Source of the DNA: the human T2T-CHM13v2.0 reference genome, Homo sapiens
NCBI RefSeq assembly: GCF_009914755.1
Contig: NC_060928.1
Direction: 5' to 3' (one strand)
Length of the DNA: 64,000 bases
This document shows, one piece after another, positions 1 to 16,509 of the stretch. The notes under the pieces were generated by a model, which ran no database searches, was not told the origin of the DNA, and was given only the letters and a program-made list of their open reading frames with translations. The translations under genes and the position numbers were made by a program. Numbering within the stretch: the stretch's first letter is position 1; each line of letters begins with the position of its first letter.

Positions 1-314
1 AACACTCAGTGTGCTAGACAAACCAATATGGTCTTCACATACCATGTGTAAAATATTCCCTGGAGGGCCACATGTAAATAGAGCTCCCACTGTGACCCTC
101 ATTACCTTTTCTGTAGAAGTAATTATGACTTTCATAATTTTCTATGCCCTTTATTTAACCTGCAGGTCTGAGAAGTGGATGGATGTGTTTTAAGACAACA
201 GTGTGGTGAAAAGGCCACAGCTTGGCAGCTCCTATAGCATGGAGAGTCACACACAGGATAGACAGGGCAACAGCCGTGGCATGAGCAACCTTACAGTATT
301 AATCATTTACTTAA

Positions 315-719
<405 letters not shown>

Positions 720-1021
720 CTATCTATGTTATCTATGTACCTATGTATCTATCTAATCTATTTAGTCTCATCATGAAGTCTCTATCTCAGATGCAGATAC
801 AATCTGCAGATAAATGCAACTGGCCAAAGCTAAGAAAGTAGGTGCTTTTGAATTGGCTGGGCCCTGCCACAATGGAGCAAGACAGGAGATACCCAGAGTT
901 CCTGGTCCCTCCTTGCTCTCTCTTCCTTTGTGAGCCTGGTGACTGAGGTTTCAGGAAAACTCAAGCAGGGCCAGTCTGGGCCCCCATGGAGGGTTAGTAA
1001 GGTCTACTTAGGTACTGGTAT

Positions 1022-2010
<989 letters not shown>

Positions 2011-2631
2011 GTATGTGTGATATAGCACATACTTTGCCAGTAGGGTTATCAGTGAATTTCTTGAGACTAACACCACTCTGAACTTTCAAATGTATGCCCA
2101 TAAATGACTAAACATTTAAATGATGGCTTAGATATTCTCTCCATGTTCTCTTCTACCTGAGTACACTCCTCAATTGCCTTTGTGGGCTTTGCCTATCTTT
2201 CTTTTATTGGGGGCCCACCCAGGGATTGGTCACCAGTCTACTCTAATTCACCCATTGACTAAGTTGCTATGAAGATTCTAGCCTTCTTTCCTGAGCTACC
2301 ACCTCCTCTCTCTAGCACCTGAACCTCTCTTCCTAAGTGTTCCATTAGTATTTCAAATGCAGTATACATGAGGGAAAAACACCTCATCATTCACTTCCCG
2401 CACCTACTGCTTTTTTGAATTGACCTTTCTTGTGTACGCACTGTATTTGAAAGGTTTCCAGTATCATATTTTTACTTTAAAAAAGACCATAACTTAGGTA
2501 AGTTAAGATGCATAATTATAAAACAGATACTCATGAAGACTTCCCTCAACTTTGGAATGAACACATTAACCAATATGATTGCATCTGTGTAGAGCTTCAC
2601 TCCCTCAACCTTTTGACTCCTTCTCATAGCA

Positions 2632-3685
2632 TATTAGTTTCCTATTGCCTCTGTAACAAATTCCCACAAATTTAATGGCTTAAAACTGCAGAAATTTATT
2701 ATCTTGCAGTACTGGAGAGCAGAAGTGTAAAGTGGGTCAGCAGGGCTGCATTCCTTCTGGGGGCTCTGGAGTTTATATGTGGGGGAGAAGCCATTTCCTT
2801 GCCTTTTCTAGCTTTCCAGGCTGAAGCATTCCTTGGCTCATTGCCCCTTCCGCCATCTTCAAAGCCAGCATCACATCTTCAAATCGCTCTTTCTCTATCT
2901 CTGACCTTTGCTTCTGAAACAAGCCCAGTTTTCCCATAGAACTGATGTTTATGGTTTCTTTTGAATAAACATAGAAATTGACCCTCCCAGTCTTAAAACT
3001 TGCGAAAGTTACATTTTTCTCACCTGCGTTGCTTTCTCAGGAAACCAAGCATCAGGCCTCCCAGATAATATCAGGGAGCTGAAATTGACCAAATCACTGC
3101 ATCTGGACAATGAAACGCCAGACCCCCCACCTGTGATGGTTGCCTGACCAACCACCTGCTGCCTGTTGACAACTTCTTCCTTACCTCTCCCTAATTCCTG
3201 TTTTCCATACATGCTTACATTTCTTCCCTGCTATATAAACCCCTAATTTTAGTCGGTCAGGGAGATAGATTTCAGGCTCTCATTTCCCATCTCTTTGGGA
3301 TGGATTTGGATTTGGACCTATCAGGAGATGGACTTCACACTGATCTCCTGTCTCCTTGGCTGCAGCACCCAATTAAAACCTTTTTCCCTGGCAATATTCA
3401 TTGTCTCAGTGATTGGCTTTTTGTGTGGTGAGCAGCAGGACCTAGACTGAACCCCCAGCATTTCAGTAACACTTGCATGATCATCTATCCTCTCTGACTC
3501 TGACCATCCTGCCTCCCTCTTAGATTACAATGGGTTCACCCATGTAATCCAGGATAATCCTCCCATCTCAAGATCCTTAACTTAATCACATATGCAATGT
3601 CCGTTTGCCATGTAAGGTAACATAGTCACAAGTTCTGGGGATTTGGACATGGACATCTTTGGAGAGTCATTATTCTCTTACTACA
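2632..3685 (-). mobile_element. MLT1-family (ERVL-MaLR) LTR split by a MER39-like LTR
   Basis: MLT1-type motifs (tattagtttcctattg...; atccaggataatc...caagatccttaacttaatcaca...) continue on both sides of 2915-3471. Confidence 0.7.
2915..3471 (+). mobile_element. MER39-like (ERV1) solo LTR
   Basis: TG...CA ends; cccatagaactgatgtttatggtttc signature; TATA-like ctatataaa at about 3231; ATTAAA at about 3372; cttc/cttg near-TSD. Confidence 0.7.
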
Positions 3686-5961
3686 CATAGTAATTACCAC
3701 TATCCTGAATTGTGTTACAATTTCTTTGTTTAAGATAGCATCGCCAAATAGGGATGTATCTTAACATTTTATTATTACCTTTTGTTTTAGAACTTCATAA
3801 AAATGATAAAATATATTATGTAATCTTCTATCTGCTTACTTAATATTATTACTCTAAGATTCACTCACATTACATGTAGTTCATGTATTTGTATTACTGT
3901 TTAAAACATGCTGTTAATGTACCTAAAATTATTCACCCATTCTGTAGTTGATATAAGTAGTACGTTACGAATATTCTTGTTTCTCCTGGAGAAGGAATGC
4001 GCATGGGTTTCTCTAGAGTTTATATCTAGGAGTGGAATTTCTGGGTTATAAGTTATACTAAAGGATAAAATAGTGGCAAATTACTTTTTCAGTTATTTGA
4101 CACTCCCAACACAGTACTATAAATGTTACAGTTTTTCCATATCTTTGCCAACAAGCAATAGAGTAAGTCATTACTGTATAGTAAGTCATTTCATTTTTAA
4201 AATTTGAACATTTCTATTACTTATGGGAGTAAGTATCTTTTCATATGTTTTCAGCCAATTGTGATTCCTCTTTGGATAAGTGCTTATTCATGTAGTTTGC
4301 CTATTTTCCCACTTTTAGGCCTTCTTTATATATTTATTAGATAAATCCTTCATTGGTTGGTTGTATTATGAATAAACAGCCAGACTGTGGCTTGTCTTTT
4401 TTTTTTTAATTTTTTATAGTGTCTGAAATAACACAAAGAATCAGATTGTCAAATCAGACTCACACGAGTCAGAGTCTTACCCAGTATTAAGCTTTACTAA
4501 TACAGGATACAGGTAATTTTGAGATGAAGCAAGGGAGGTCTGGAACCATCAGTGTCACTCTTCAGATCCTTAACTGCCCCACCGGATGCACTCTGTGCCC
4601 ATAATTAATATATGAGGTCTCTAAGCAATGTGTGAGATTCACCTCTCTCATATAGAAGGAGGCTATTTGGAAAATAAAATGTACCCAATGATGCACCACA
4701 AATCTATAAATCTCAAATTTTGTTTACCATGATTAGTTCTAGATAGCCAGATACATCCTGCTAAAAGCACCCCATAGATAAGGAGCATTCTATTCACAAA
4801 TTCCATTCGTTTGCCAAGATGTCTGTCAGTCGCATGTTGACAAGAGTAGGCCATCTTTCCTGGTCCCTGCTCCCCATTCTCCAGCTGGAGATAATGGATT
4901 GCAGCCCTGCTGCTTAACCCTTTATTTCCCAATGTCTTTGATTAATATGTGTGATGTAAGGGAAGAATCCAATGTGTTTTTTTCTCTACTTGTAACCAAT
5001 TGTCTCAGCAACATTTGTGGAATTTTATGAAATCTTTTTTTTTGAGACTGTAATCTATATGATACCCAATATTTGAAATAGACAACATTTGGGGACTTGC
5101 TTTATGAATTAGTTTGTGGTCAAGATTTGAAATATTTCATTTGTGTTTGGTAAGATTGCGTATTCTTTCCAAAGGTTATTATTAATTTACTTTTTAATTG
5201 ACAAATACAAATTGTATATATTTATGGTATACAATGTATTTTGAGATATGTAGACATTGTAGAATGGCTAATCAAGCTAATTTACATATGCATTACCTCA
5301 CATACCTTTTTTTGCGGTGAAAATACTTAAAATCTATTTTCTTAGCAATTTTCACATGTACAATACATTATTATTAACTATAGTCACCGTGTTGTACAAT
5401 AGGTATCTTGAAGACTGTATTCTTTAGCTATTAGAGGCAGAGTTCTATAACCGTCTAATAAATCAAGCTGATCAATCTTGTATTTTTCAAATTTTTACTT
5501 CACAAATCTTCACGAAGATTTATTGTGTTCTTAACTTATGAATAATTGAGATAGATGCATTGAAATATCTCAGTATGTTTGCTATTTCGTAATATTTCTC
5601 TGTGATTCTATTGATTTTTCTCTCTATATGTGAAGGTTTCATTATTGAGTGCATACAAGTTTAAAATTATTCTTTATCTTGGGTGAATTTCTTATAATTT
5701 AGTGATCCTTTCAATCCTGAATAATGCCTTTTGTCTCTGAGTTTATTTTTCTGCTATCAATATATCAGCTTATCAGCTTTTTAAAATTAACATTTGTCTC
5801 ACCTTTTTTTTTCCTTTTACATTCAATATTTCTGAGTCCTTGTGTTTTAAGTGTGTCTCTTATAAAGGAGCCTATATATTTTTTTTTTCTGTTTTTCTTC
5901 TGGTCAGAAAATCTTCGATTTGTTTAATCAATTTACATTTATTGTGATTACTGACATACGT

Positions 5962-6213
5962 ATGCAGTGGTGTGATCTTAGCTAACTGCAACCTCCACCT
6001 TCAGGGATCAACTGATTCTCTCACCTCAGCCTCCCAGAGTAGCTGGGACCACAGGTGCATGACATCATGCCTGGCTAATTTTTGTATTTTTTTGTAGAGA
6101 TGGGGTTTTGCCATGTTGCCAAGGCTGGTCTTGAACTCCTGGCCTCGAGCAATCTGCCTGCCTCAGCCTCCCCAAAATGCTGGGATTACAGGCCTGAGCC
6201 ACTGTGCCTGGCC
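5962..6213 (-). mobile_element. Alu (AluJ-like, tail truncated)
   Basis: Diverged antisense Alu body. Confidence 0.85.
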
Positions 6214-6653
6214 TTGAACTTGTTTTTATCATTATTTTTTCTGCTTTTCTTTTAAAAATTGATTGAATTTTGTTTTATTACAGTGTTCTATTTCATTTCT
6301 TCCCCACCTACTGGATTGAAAGTACAGACACAATTTCTATTTTTAGATAGTGTATTTGAAATATTATTACTCATATTTAACAAGCATGAATAAGTAGTGG
6401 CAAAGTTCATGTCTTAGCCCATCTCCTGAACAATAAGATTAATTTAGGACATTTTGATTTCAATCACCCAATTTTCTTTTTCTTAGGATGTCTTGATTCT
6501 TCCTTATTCTTGAAGTATACTTTTGCTGGCTATATAACTTTAGATTGACAGTAATTTTCTCTAGATATCTTTGAGATTTTACTTTGCTGTCTTTTGGCTT
6601 CTATTATTGCTGTTGAGAAGTTGGCTGTAAGTTCAATTGTCCTTTCTTTGTAG

Positions 6654-7199
<546 letters not shown>

Positions 7200-7316
7200 T
7201 AGGTATATGTAACATCTCTCATTCTATCTTTAATGTATCTTAAACTTTTGTTCATATTATCATCTCTTTATCTCTCTGTACTATATTCTAAAAAATGTTT
7301 TAAAATCCATCTTCCT

Positions 7317-7618
7317 GGCCAGGCACAGTGGCTCACATCTGTAATCTTAGCACTTTGGGAGGCTGAAGTGGGCAGATTGCTTGAGCCCAGAAGTTTGAGA
7401 CCATCCTGGGCAACATGGCAAAACCCCTTCTGTACAAAAAATACAAAAATTAGTCAGGTGTGGTGGTGCATGCTTGTAGTCCCAGCTACTCGGGAGGCTG
7501 AGGAGGGAGGATCACTTGAACCCCGTAGGTTGAGGCTGCAATGAGCTCATGATCACACCACTGCACTCCAGTCTAGGCTACAGAGCGAGATTGTCTCAAA
7601 AAAAGAAAAAAAGAAAAA
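7317..7618 (+). mobile_element. Alu (AluJ-like)
   Basis: Full Alu with A-tail; TSD-like aaaatcca(t/c)..ttcc flanks. Confidence 0.9.
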
Positions 7619-7784
7619 TCCACGTTCCAGTTTATTATTTTCTCTTCACCTGTGTCTACTCTACTATTGAATACATGTATTATGTTTTATATTTTGACAA
7701 TTGTAATTTTCACTTTAAAAAAGTTATTTGGTTATTTAATTTCACTTAATAATTTTAATACACTTTTCTCTTCATGCATGCTCA

Positions 7785-8081
7785 TTTTTTTTTTTTCTTT
7801 GAGATGCAGTTTTGCTCTAGTTGCTTAGTCTGGAGTGCAATGGTGCAATCTTGCCTCACCGCAACCTCCGCCTCCTGGATTCAAGTGATTCTCTGCCTCA
7901 GCCTCCCTAGTAGCTGGGATTACAGGCACCTGCCACCATGCCCAGCTAATTTTGTATTTTTAGTAGAGACGGGGTTTCTCTATGTTGGTCAGGGTGGTCT
8001 AGAACTCCTAACCTTAGGTGATCTGCCCGTCTCAGCCTCCCGAAGTGCTGGGATTACAGGCGTGAGCCACCGCGCCTGGCC
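7785..8081 (-). mobile_element. Alu (AluS)
   Basis: Full antisense Alu; TSD tgctcattttttt. Confidence 0.9.
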
Positions 8082-8963
8082 ACGTGCTCATTTTTTTATT
8101 CCATCTTTCTTTTTTTTAAGCTATCATACACAATGTTTTAATACCACCCTGCATCAGATAATTTCAACTTCTGAAGTCTTTGGGATTTTAAATCTATATT
8201 TTACATGTCTGCTGTCTCTCATTTATGGCATTTTCCCCGCAATGTGTTTGTTTATCTTTGATTGTGAGTTCTTATTTGTTTGAAGACATTATTTCTGAGA
8301 AGACAGGGTATTTGCTTCTTCTAGTTACTAGGGCATCTGAATTCCCTGTGACAAATTCGCATCCTTCCAGTTTCCCTGGCCTGTTGTGAGAGTTTCACGT
8401 TCAGCTCCAACACCCTGCAGCTAGCCCAAGGCTTGAATTCACCAAGACAGTACATCACGGTGAAATTTGCATGTGGTTATGCCAAAGTTTTCTTTTCTTG
8501 CTTTTGAGAATAGTCCTTCATCCTGAGATCCCAGTAATGCATGAAGCATTTTGTTTTCATGTCTGATCTACTTGTTTGTAGTGGAGGACCTTGCAGAGTA
8601 TTAGACACACTATATAGGACATGGACTTGCATTTCCTTTTTCAGGAAATGCCACTCAATCTGGATGTTAGTCTAGAAATACTTACAAACATATCTACCTC
8701 AGCTTTTCCAGGTCTGGCCTAAGCAATTTCTCATGGATCACTCAGAATCTTCCATCTAGACTCTGATTTTCTGACTCTATGCCTTCTAATGTACCCTCTA
8801 CAATGTCACTAGACTTAGGGACTATACTGACCTTTTAAAAAATATAAACCTCATCATGCCATTTCCCTGATAAATATCATTCCATGGCTTCCCATCACAT
8901 TCTAAATAAAGATAAAATTTCTCAGCATGGTCCCCAGGTCATCGTCTCTCTCTAGCCTCCCAT

Positions 8964-9481
8964 TAAAACTGGCCCAATTGTCCCATAGAACTGATTTCAA
9001 TCATCCAGTAGAACTGATGTTTATGGTTTCTTTCAATAAACATAGAAATTAACTCACACAGTATGAAAACCTAAGAAACTTACATTTGCTTTATCTGAAT
9101 TCCTTTCTCAGGAAACCAATCGTCAGATCTCCCAGATCATATCAAGCAACTGAAACTCACCAGATCACTGCATCTGGACAACGAGATGCCAGACCCCTCA
9201 CTCTTCATGATTGCCTATCCGACCACCTGCTTCTTGTTGACCAGCTCATCTTCCTTACTCCTCCCTAATTTCTGTTTTCCCACACATGGTTACATTTCTT
9301 CCCTGCTATATAAACTCCTGAATTTAGTCGGTGAAAGAGATGGATTTGAGACTGATCTCCCATCTCCTCAGCTGTAGCATCCAATTAAAGCCTTCTTCCC
9401 TGGCAATACTCATTGTCTCAGGCATTGGCTTTGTGTGGCAAGCGACGGGACCTAGACTGAAACCCTGCCATTTTGGTAACA
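8964..9481 (+). mobile_element. Second MER39-like solo LTR
   Basis: Colinear similarity to 2915-3471 over its whole length; small internal duplication of tagaactgat. Confidence 0.7.
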
Positions 9482-10422
9482 TCATGTGTCTCATACACCC
9501 CTTGACCCAGCATTACCAACCTCGTAGCCTTTCCAGAATGGTCTCTGCCCTCTTCCAGGGCAAAATGACTTCTCATTAGCTGTAAGTTATCAGATCCCTT
9601 TGTTTAAAAGTCTGTTTATTCTTCCTCCTAAGTAATGACTCTGCTTTGAAGACCAATTATCTTTCAACTCACAACATTTGTGAAAGCTGAATATTACACA
9701 AGTGGGAATGAAAGAAGAAATCCCCAAAGACAATTTTAATATACTCTATAACCAATTTATTACGGAAAAAAATTCTAATTGCGGGAAGAACTATCCAAGG
9801 ATGAAAGCTTAATTAAATTGTGATCCTGGAAGCCTGAGCTTTTTAATTAAAAAAATGAAACTGTAGAATAACACTCTCTCCAACACTCACACATTTTAGA
9901 CTGTCAGCCAGGGTAAGTTGTGTGTAATGTTCAGTGTGAAGGGGCTGTTTGAGATGTGTAATTCTTTTGCTTACTGCAAATCTGTCAAGTAAGTTAAAAA
10001 CTGTGGGCTCCTGGTCTCCCCAAAGTAGAAGGTAATCAATATATTAAATCTAAAACTTAGTTAGATTTAATAAGAATGTTTGGTCAATTGAGTAAAAACA
10101 AAATAGATTATTTTTTGAGAAAAATCTATCAACTTGAATTTTTGTATCACATAAATAAAACAATCGATTGATTAGATATTTCCCATTGTTCTCATTGTGC
10201 AGTGGTCTCAGAGTGAATAGACAACTCAGGCGACGGATTTGGACTCTGGAGTCATGAGAACAAGAGCACAGAATCAGTAGATTTGGCCTTATGACCTTGG
10301 GCTAGTTACTTATATTCTAAGTCTTCTCATAGAGTTGATGGTGGCAATTAAACAAGGTAACACATAGCAAACACCTACCATAGTATCTAACACAAAGTAG
10401 GAACTTAAAAATGATTTAAAAG

Positions 10423-10721
10423 ACTGGCGGAGTGGCTCGCACCTGTAATCCCAGCACTTTGGGAGGCCGAGGAGGGGGGGATCACTTGAAGTCTGGAGTT
10501 CAAGACCAGCCTAGCCAAATGGTGAAAACTCCTCTCTATTAAAAAAAAAATTAACTGGATGAGGTGGCGGGCACCTGTAACCCCAGCTACTCAGGAGGCT
10601 GAGGCAGGATAATCACTTGAACCCAGGAGGCAGAGGTTGCAGCAAGCAGAGATTGTGCCACTGCACTCCAGCCTGGGCAACAGAGGGAGACTCTGTCTCA
10701 AATAATTAAAAAAAACAAAAA
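10423..10721 (+). mobile_element. Alu (AluS)
   Basis: Alu dimer with A-rich tail. Confidence 0.9.
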
Positions 10722-11312
10722 AGATTTAGAAAACTTCCACACCAAAGAGTGTAATACAAAATTAACTGCCATTTTGTGACCTCTGTTTGGAGGGAAATAA
10801 TTTTTTAAAAAACCGTAGAAACAACTCGGCTGGATGCAAATTTAAAAAGCGATCACGAGGTTACCGTTAATGAATCAAAAACACCAGTGTTCACTAATTA
10901 TCACCATTTTATATGAAGTTCTTCTAAAAAGAGTGTTTCTTGTATGAATAAGTTATTTTTATTTCTTATAATGAAACCTCTGAGGTCTAGCCATACCATC
11001 AAAATGTTAAAATATTTTCATTCAGTTAAATTATGTAATGTGAAAATGAATGATGGCCAGGAGACTGATGGCCAGTGTAATTCTGGTGAGAAATTATGTT
11101 GCACACATTGGTTTATTTAGTTAGAATTTTCTTTGGGTAATAAAATTAGTGTTATATAAAAATTAGTTTTATCTAACCTCATGTAGACTGCCATAAATGA
11201 CTCTTGCAAGTTCAACATCCTGAGCAACTGTGACAAATCCCACGGAAGGCAATTTTACAGTAAACCAGGGCTACCCAAGACATGGTGAGAATGAGTTGTT
11301 GTGGATGACTGA

Positions 11313-11697
<385 letters not shown>

Positions 11698-11698
11698 T

Positions 11699-11753
11699 AT
11701 TTTCTTTTCCCTCTGTCCTTTTTTCTTTTCTCTTCTCTTCTCTTTCTTTCTTT

Positions 11754-11810
<57 letters not shown>

Positions 11811-11812
11811 TT

Positions 11813-11843
<31 letters not shown>

Positions 11844-12054
11844 TTCTCTTTCTCTCTCTCTCTCTTTCTTTTTCTTTCTCTTTTCTGAGACGGGGTCTTG
11901 CCCAACCTCTTTTCTTTTCTCCCCTTCCTTCCTTCCCTTCCTTCCTTCCTTCCTTCCTTCCTTCCTTCCTCCCTTCCTTCCTCTCTTCCTTCCTTCCTTC
12001 CTTCCCTCTCTCCCTCCCTCTCTCTCTCTTTCTTTCTTTCTTCTTTTCTTTTTT
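11699..12054. repeat. Compound polypyrimidine microsatellite (TTTC)n/(TC)n/(TTCC)n
   Basis: Read directly; source of the spurious K/E/R-rich and F/L/S-rich ORFs. Confidence 0.95.
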
Positions 12055-12357
12055 GAGACAGGGTCTTGCTCTATCACCTAGGCTGGAGTATACAGTGACA
12101 GAATCATAGCTCACTGCAGCTTCAACCTCCTGGGCTCAAGGGATCCTTACTCCCTCAGCCTCCCAAGTAGCTGGGACTACAGGCACACACCACCACACCC
12201 AGCTGATTTTTTTAATTTTTATTTTTTATGTTTATTTTTGTAGAGACAGGGTCTTACTATATTGCCTAGTCTGGTCTTGAACTCCTGGGCTCAAGCAATC
12301 CTCCTGCCTCAGCCTCCCAAAGTGCTGGGATTACAGGCATAAGCCACTGCACCCAAT
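12050..12357 (-). mobile_element. Alu (AluJ-like)
   Basis: Antisense Alu whose tail is the adjacent polypyrimidine tract. Confidence 0.9.
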
Positions 12358-13019
12358 CTATTTTTTTTAATTATTAGACAGATCATATATGGATTATAAT
12401 GCAAGTTTTTCTGGATGACTCATGATGTATCCTTTTTTGGCCTGGATGCTAAGGAATCAGACCTTGATCTTGGTAGTTGAATTAGTCCCTCCATGTCACT
12501 CATGGGTTCACTTTTCTTCTTATGGATTTGCCAAAAGCACAAGACATTAATTCCAATGACTTGTCACAGGGTGTTGTTTTGGCAGCAATACTACCCAGGT
12601 CCACAAAGATGGCGGCTAGAGCAGGTCCATCACACACCAACTTCTCCTCTTGTCATTTATCCAGAGTCTGTAATCTGGTCTCTGTGTTCATACAGTGTTC
12701 AACCAGAAAAAGAACTCAGGGGACTGGGGAGGGGGCATAAAGAACCATGGTCCTTGTCTTCACCAATTTCTTCTGGTCAGTTGAATGTATTTTGCAAATC
12801 TGGAAGGATCTCACTCAAAATGCCCAGGTCACATATTCATTGTTTAGCTTAGATGTATGATGCCATTTCTCCTCTAAGTGCTAGCAAGCTGGGTGTGGTG
12901 GCAGAGTCAGTATGTTAGAACTGGCCTTGGTTCCTGCCATTGCTACATTAACTTGCATCATAAATGAGTAAGAAGGACAGATAAATGAAAATACCTAAAC
13001 GTTTAAAAGGGATCTAGGA

Positions 13020-13683
13020 CATGAGTTTGAAAACTGTGGCTTCTGGGCCAAACCCAGCCTGCTACCTGTTTCACATTGCCCACAAGTTATGAATGATTTT
13101 TACATTTTTAAATGGTTGAAAAAAACTTAAAATAAGAATAATGTTTTGGGGACGGGCGCGGTGGCTCATGTCTGTAATCCCAGCACTTTGGCAGGCTGAG
13201 GCGACTGGATCACTTGAGGTCAGGTGTTCGAGACCAGCCTGGCCAACATGGTGAAACTCTGTATCTACTAAAAATACAAAAAATCAGCTGGGCATGGTGG
13301 CGAGCACCTGTAGTCCCAGCTACCTGGGAGGCTGAGGCAGGATAATTGCTTGAGCCCGGGAGGCAGAGGTTGCAGTGAGCTGAGCTTGCAATGAGCTAAG
13401 CTTGCGCCACTGCACTCTAGCCTGGGTGACAAAGTGAGACTCTGTCTAAAAAAAAAAAAAAAAAAAAAAAATTGTGATAAGTGAAAATTACATGAAATTC
13501 AAGTTTCAGTATCCATAAATAAAGTTTTATTGGACCACAGCCATGTCCATTCACTTATGTATCCTCCATGGCTGCTTTCATACCATAACCTCAGAGTTGA
13601 GTGATTGTGACAGAGACCATATGGCTGGCAAGGCCTAAAATATTTACTCTTTGGCTTTTTACAGAAAGTTTGCTGACTACTGG
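13020..13683. mobile_element. MER58-type hAT-Charlie DNA transposon split by an Alu
   Basis: MER58 motifs (aaataaagttttattgga.cacagcca; gcctaaaatatttact...tttacagaaagtttgctgac) on either side of the Alu. Confidence 0.7.
13150..13471 (+). mobile_element. Alu (AluS) with a small internal duplication
   Basis: Full Alu; tgagctgagcttgca/tgagctaagcttgcg duplicated at about 13375-13406. Confidence 0.9.
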
Positions 13684-14242
13684 TCTAGAAGAATAAATTT
13701 TCTTTGTTTTCTGCTTAGAAATTCCTTTTTTGGACTGAGAAGTAGGGCTATTTCCATGCTTATACAGGCTCATCCACTCTTATAAATAATGGTGAACAAC
13801 TGTCTTCACATCACATGGTTGAAATACCAAGTATATTTGTGCATGTGTGTGTTTATGTATACAGGCACTAAGTATTTACAATACCTAAGTGTATTTCAAT
13901 CTGACCATCACATGTGATGATAATTATTAACATAAATTATTCTTGTGAAAGGATAATGTTTATTAAATTAAGTCAAAAATTTTAACAATACAATTTTCAT
14001 AACCTTCCCCCTATTCAATCAAGGGCATCCACTTGCCTCCAGATGTTTAGAATTTGTTAAAACAGGAAAGAGGAAGAAAAGGTCAATGCTCACGTTTTGG
14101 CTACCAATTTGGAATTTCTTTTGTAAGTTCATAGGGAGACAATGGTCTTGAGACAGTTGAACATTTTCTCAATTCCTTAAGCTCTCCTTTATGTATTAAG
14201 AGCTATGCCTGTGTGACTTTGGTTTATTAAAAGTGATAGTTA

Positions 14243-14523
<281 letters not shown>

Positions 14524-14982
14524 TCATAAGAACTCAGTAAATGATGTCAGTGAAGTTCCTGATTCATGGAAGAAAAGGGAAAGCCTGTTCCTGTTGGCCC
14601 CAGTGGAGTGTGTGGTAAAAGAAGGGGTAGAAAGTTAAGAAGCAATTGGTGAGACAAGTGTATTCTGGTTACTTCTTTCCAAGTCCATGTGAGACGGGAG
14701 GGTAGCGGAAACTTCATGGTAAGGTCAAAAGCAGAGTGGGGTTTGCCTCTTTCTCTGTTTCAGCTCTCGGGGGAGTCAGCCATGATGTGGGCCCTGCTTG
14801 CTGCCAAGTGAGGAAACCAGTTAAAATGGCAGTGAGAGGTGGCCAAGAAGATAAAGAGATTCAACTAGCACTTTGGAACCTGTCTAGGTCTGTGTGGATT
14901 GTGGAGGGATTTGAAGGGTTCCTCAAGCTGTATGGGGAAGCATGGAAGATAGCTGATGTGCTGGCTGGTGGCTTTGCCATGG

Positions 14983-15322
14983 TGTATTAGTACATTTTCA
15001 TGCTGCTGATAAAGACATGCCTGAGAATGGGAAGAAAAATAGATTTAATGGACTCACAGTTCCACATGGCTGGGGAGGCCTCACAATCATGGCAGAAGGT
15101 GAAAGGCATGTCTCACTTGGCAGGAGACAAGAGAAAAGAGCTTGTGCAGGGGAACTCCCCTTTATAAAACCATCAGATCTTGTGAGACTTATTCACTGTC
15201 ATGAGAATGACCCACCCCCATGATTCAATTACCTCCCACCGGGTCCCTCCTACAACATGTGCGAATTGTGGGAGTTACAATTGAAGATGAGATTTGGGTG
15301 GGGACACAGCCAAACCATATCA
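14983..15322 (-). mobile_element. THE1 (THE1B-like) MaLR solo LTR
   Basis: tgtattag...gggtggggacacagccaaaccatatca termini; perfect 5-bp TSD CATGG at 14978-14982 and 15323-15327. Confidence 0.9.
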
Positions 15323-15763
15323 CATGGTGAGGGTGATTTACCCTGTGGTCAATGACAAGGGGTCAACTGCTCATTACAAGCTAGACAGGGGTGCAGGGAG
15401 GATAGCAATGTCCACAGCACCCATGAAAGCCAGAGTGGGGCAGCCTGGGAAGGGAGGGTCATGGGCCCTTTCCAAGCCTCGAAATAAACCAAGTGCTTGC
15501 CAACCACAGACTTCTTCAGTGGATTCCTCCCAGAAACTGGGTCAGACTAGCGCCCCTGCACAGGCAACAGTGAGATCCGGAGAACAGAGAGGGCAGTCAG
15601 ACTCTCTTGCCCTCCCAGGGCAAGGTAAGCTACTTCTCTCCCCTACCCCTTACACTCAGGGGTGAAGACCAGGGGGCAAAACAGCCCTCCTAAAGAGATG
15701 AGCCTCAAACTAACTGAATAAATAATCCAGAGAAACTCTCTTAAAGTAGAAGAGTCTGATACA

Positions 15764-16062
15764 CTTTTTTTTTTTTTCTTTTTTTTTTTGAGACGGAGTC
15801 TCGCTGTATCACCAGGCTGGAGTGCAGTGGCGCGATCTCAGCTCATTGTAACCTCCGCCTCACAAGTTAAAGCGATTCTCCTGCCTCAGTCTCTTGAGTA
15901 GCTGGGACTACAGGCATGCGCCACCTCCCCGGGTTGATTTTTGTATTTTTAGTAGAGACAGGTTATGTTGGCCAGGATGGTCTCAATCTCTTGACCTTGT
16001 GATCCACCCGCCTCGGCCTCCCAAAGTCTTGGGATTACAGGCATGAGCCACCGCGCCCGGCC
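15764..16062 (-). mobile_element. Alu (AluS)
   Basis: Antisense Alu; TSD tgatacactttt. Confidence 0.9.
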
Positions 16063-16259
16063 TGATACACTTTTAATTAACTACTTTAATTCCAAGCATG
16101 CGTCCCAACCATCTCTCGTATACTCGAATGCCTAGCAAGAAGGGACAAAATATCAGCAGTAGAAAAAAAATTTTTTTTTTAAAGAACCTATGAATAGTAA
16201 TATGCTAAACTTTTGACCCTTCTACTCTATTCAAATTTGTCATGCAGTTTTGTTCTAAG

Positions 16260-16509
16260 CAGTGACTTTCAAATGTTTTGATCATGTCCCTCAGTAAAAA
16301 ACAAATTTTATATCACTACCAAGAACATATGTTCATACACACATGCCTGAAATAAAACATCATGAAATCGAATCTACCTTTAATTTGTTGTGTGATGTAC
16401 TCTCTATTTTCTAGTGTTCTCTAGGTTTGAAAAAATGCCATTTATGTCCCATTAAATTGATTTCATGACCCATCTGATGTGTTTGTGACCTACAGCCTGA
16501 AACACACTG
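16260..16509. mobile_element. Probable non-autonomous hAT-type DNA transposon fossil
   Basis: cagtg...cactg inverted termini around an AT-rich core; family not determined. Confidence 0.4.

Noticed and set aside
14525-15730. Purine-rich sequence and ORFs flanking the THE1 LTR as a gene
   Set aside because: No coding signature; more likely an old LTR-type repeat that could not be named from sequence alone
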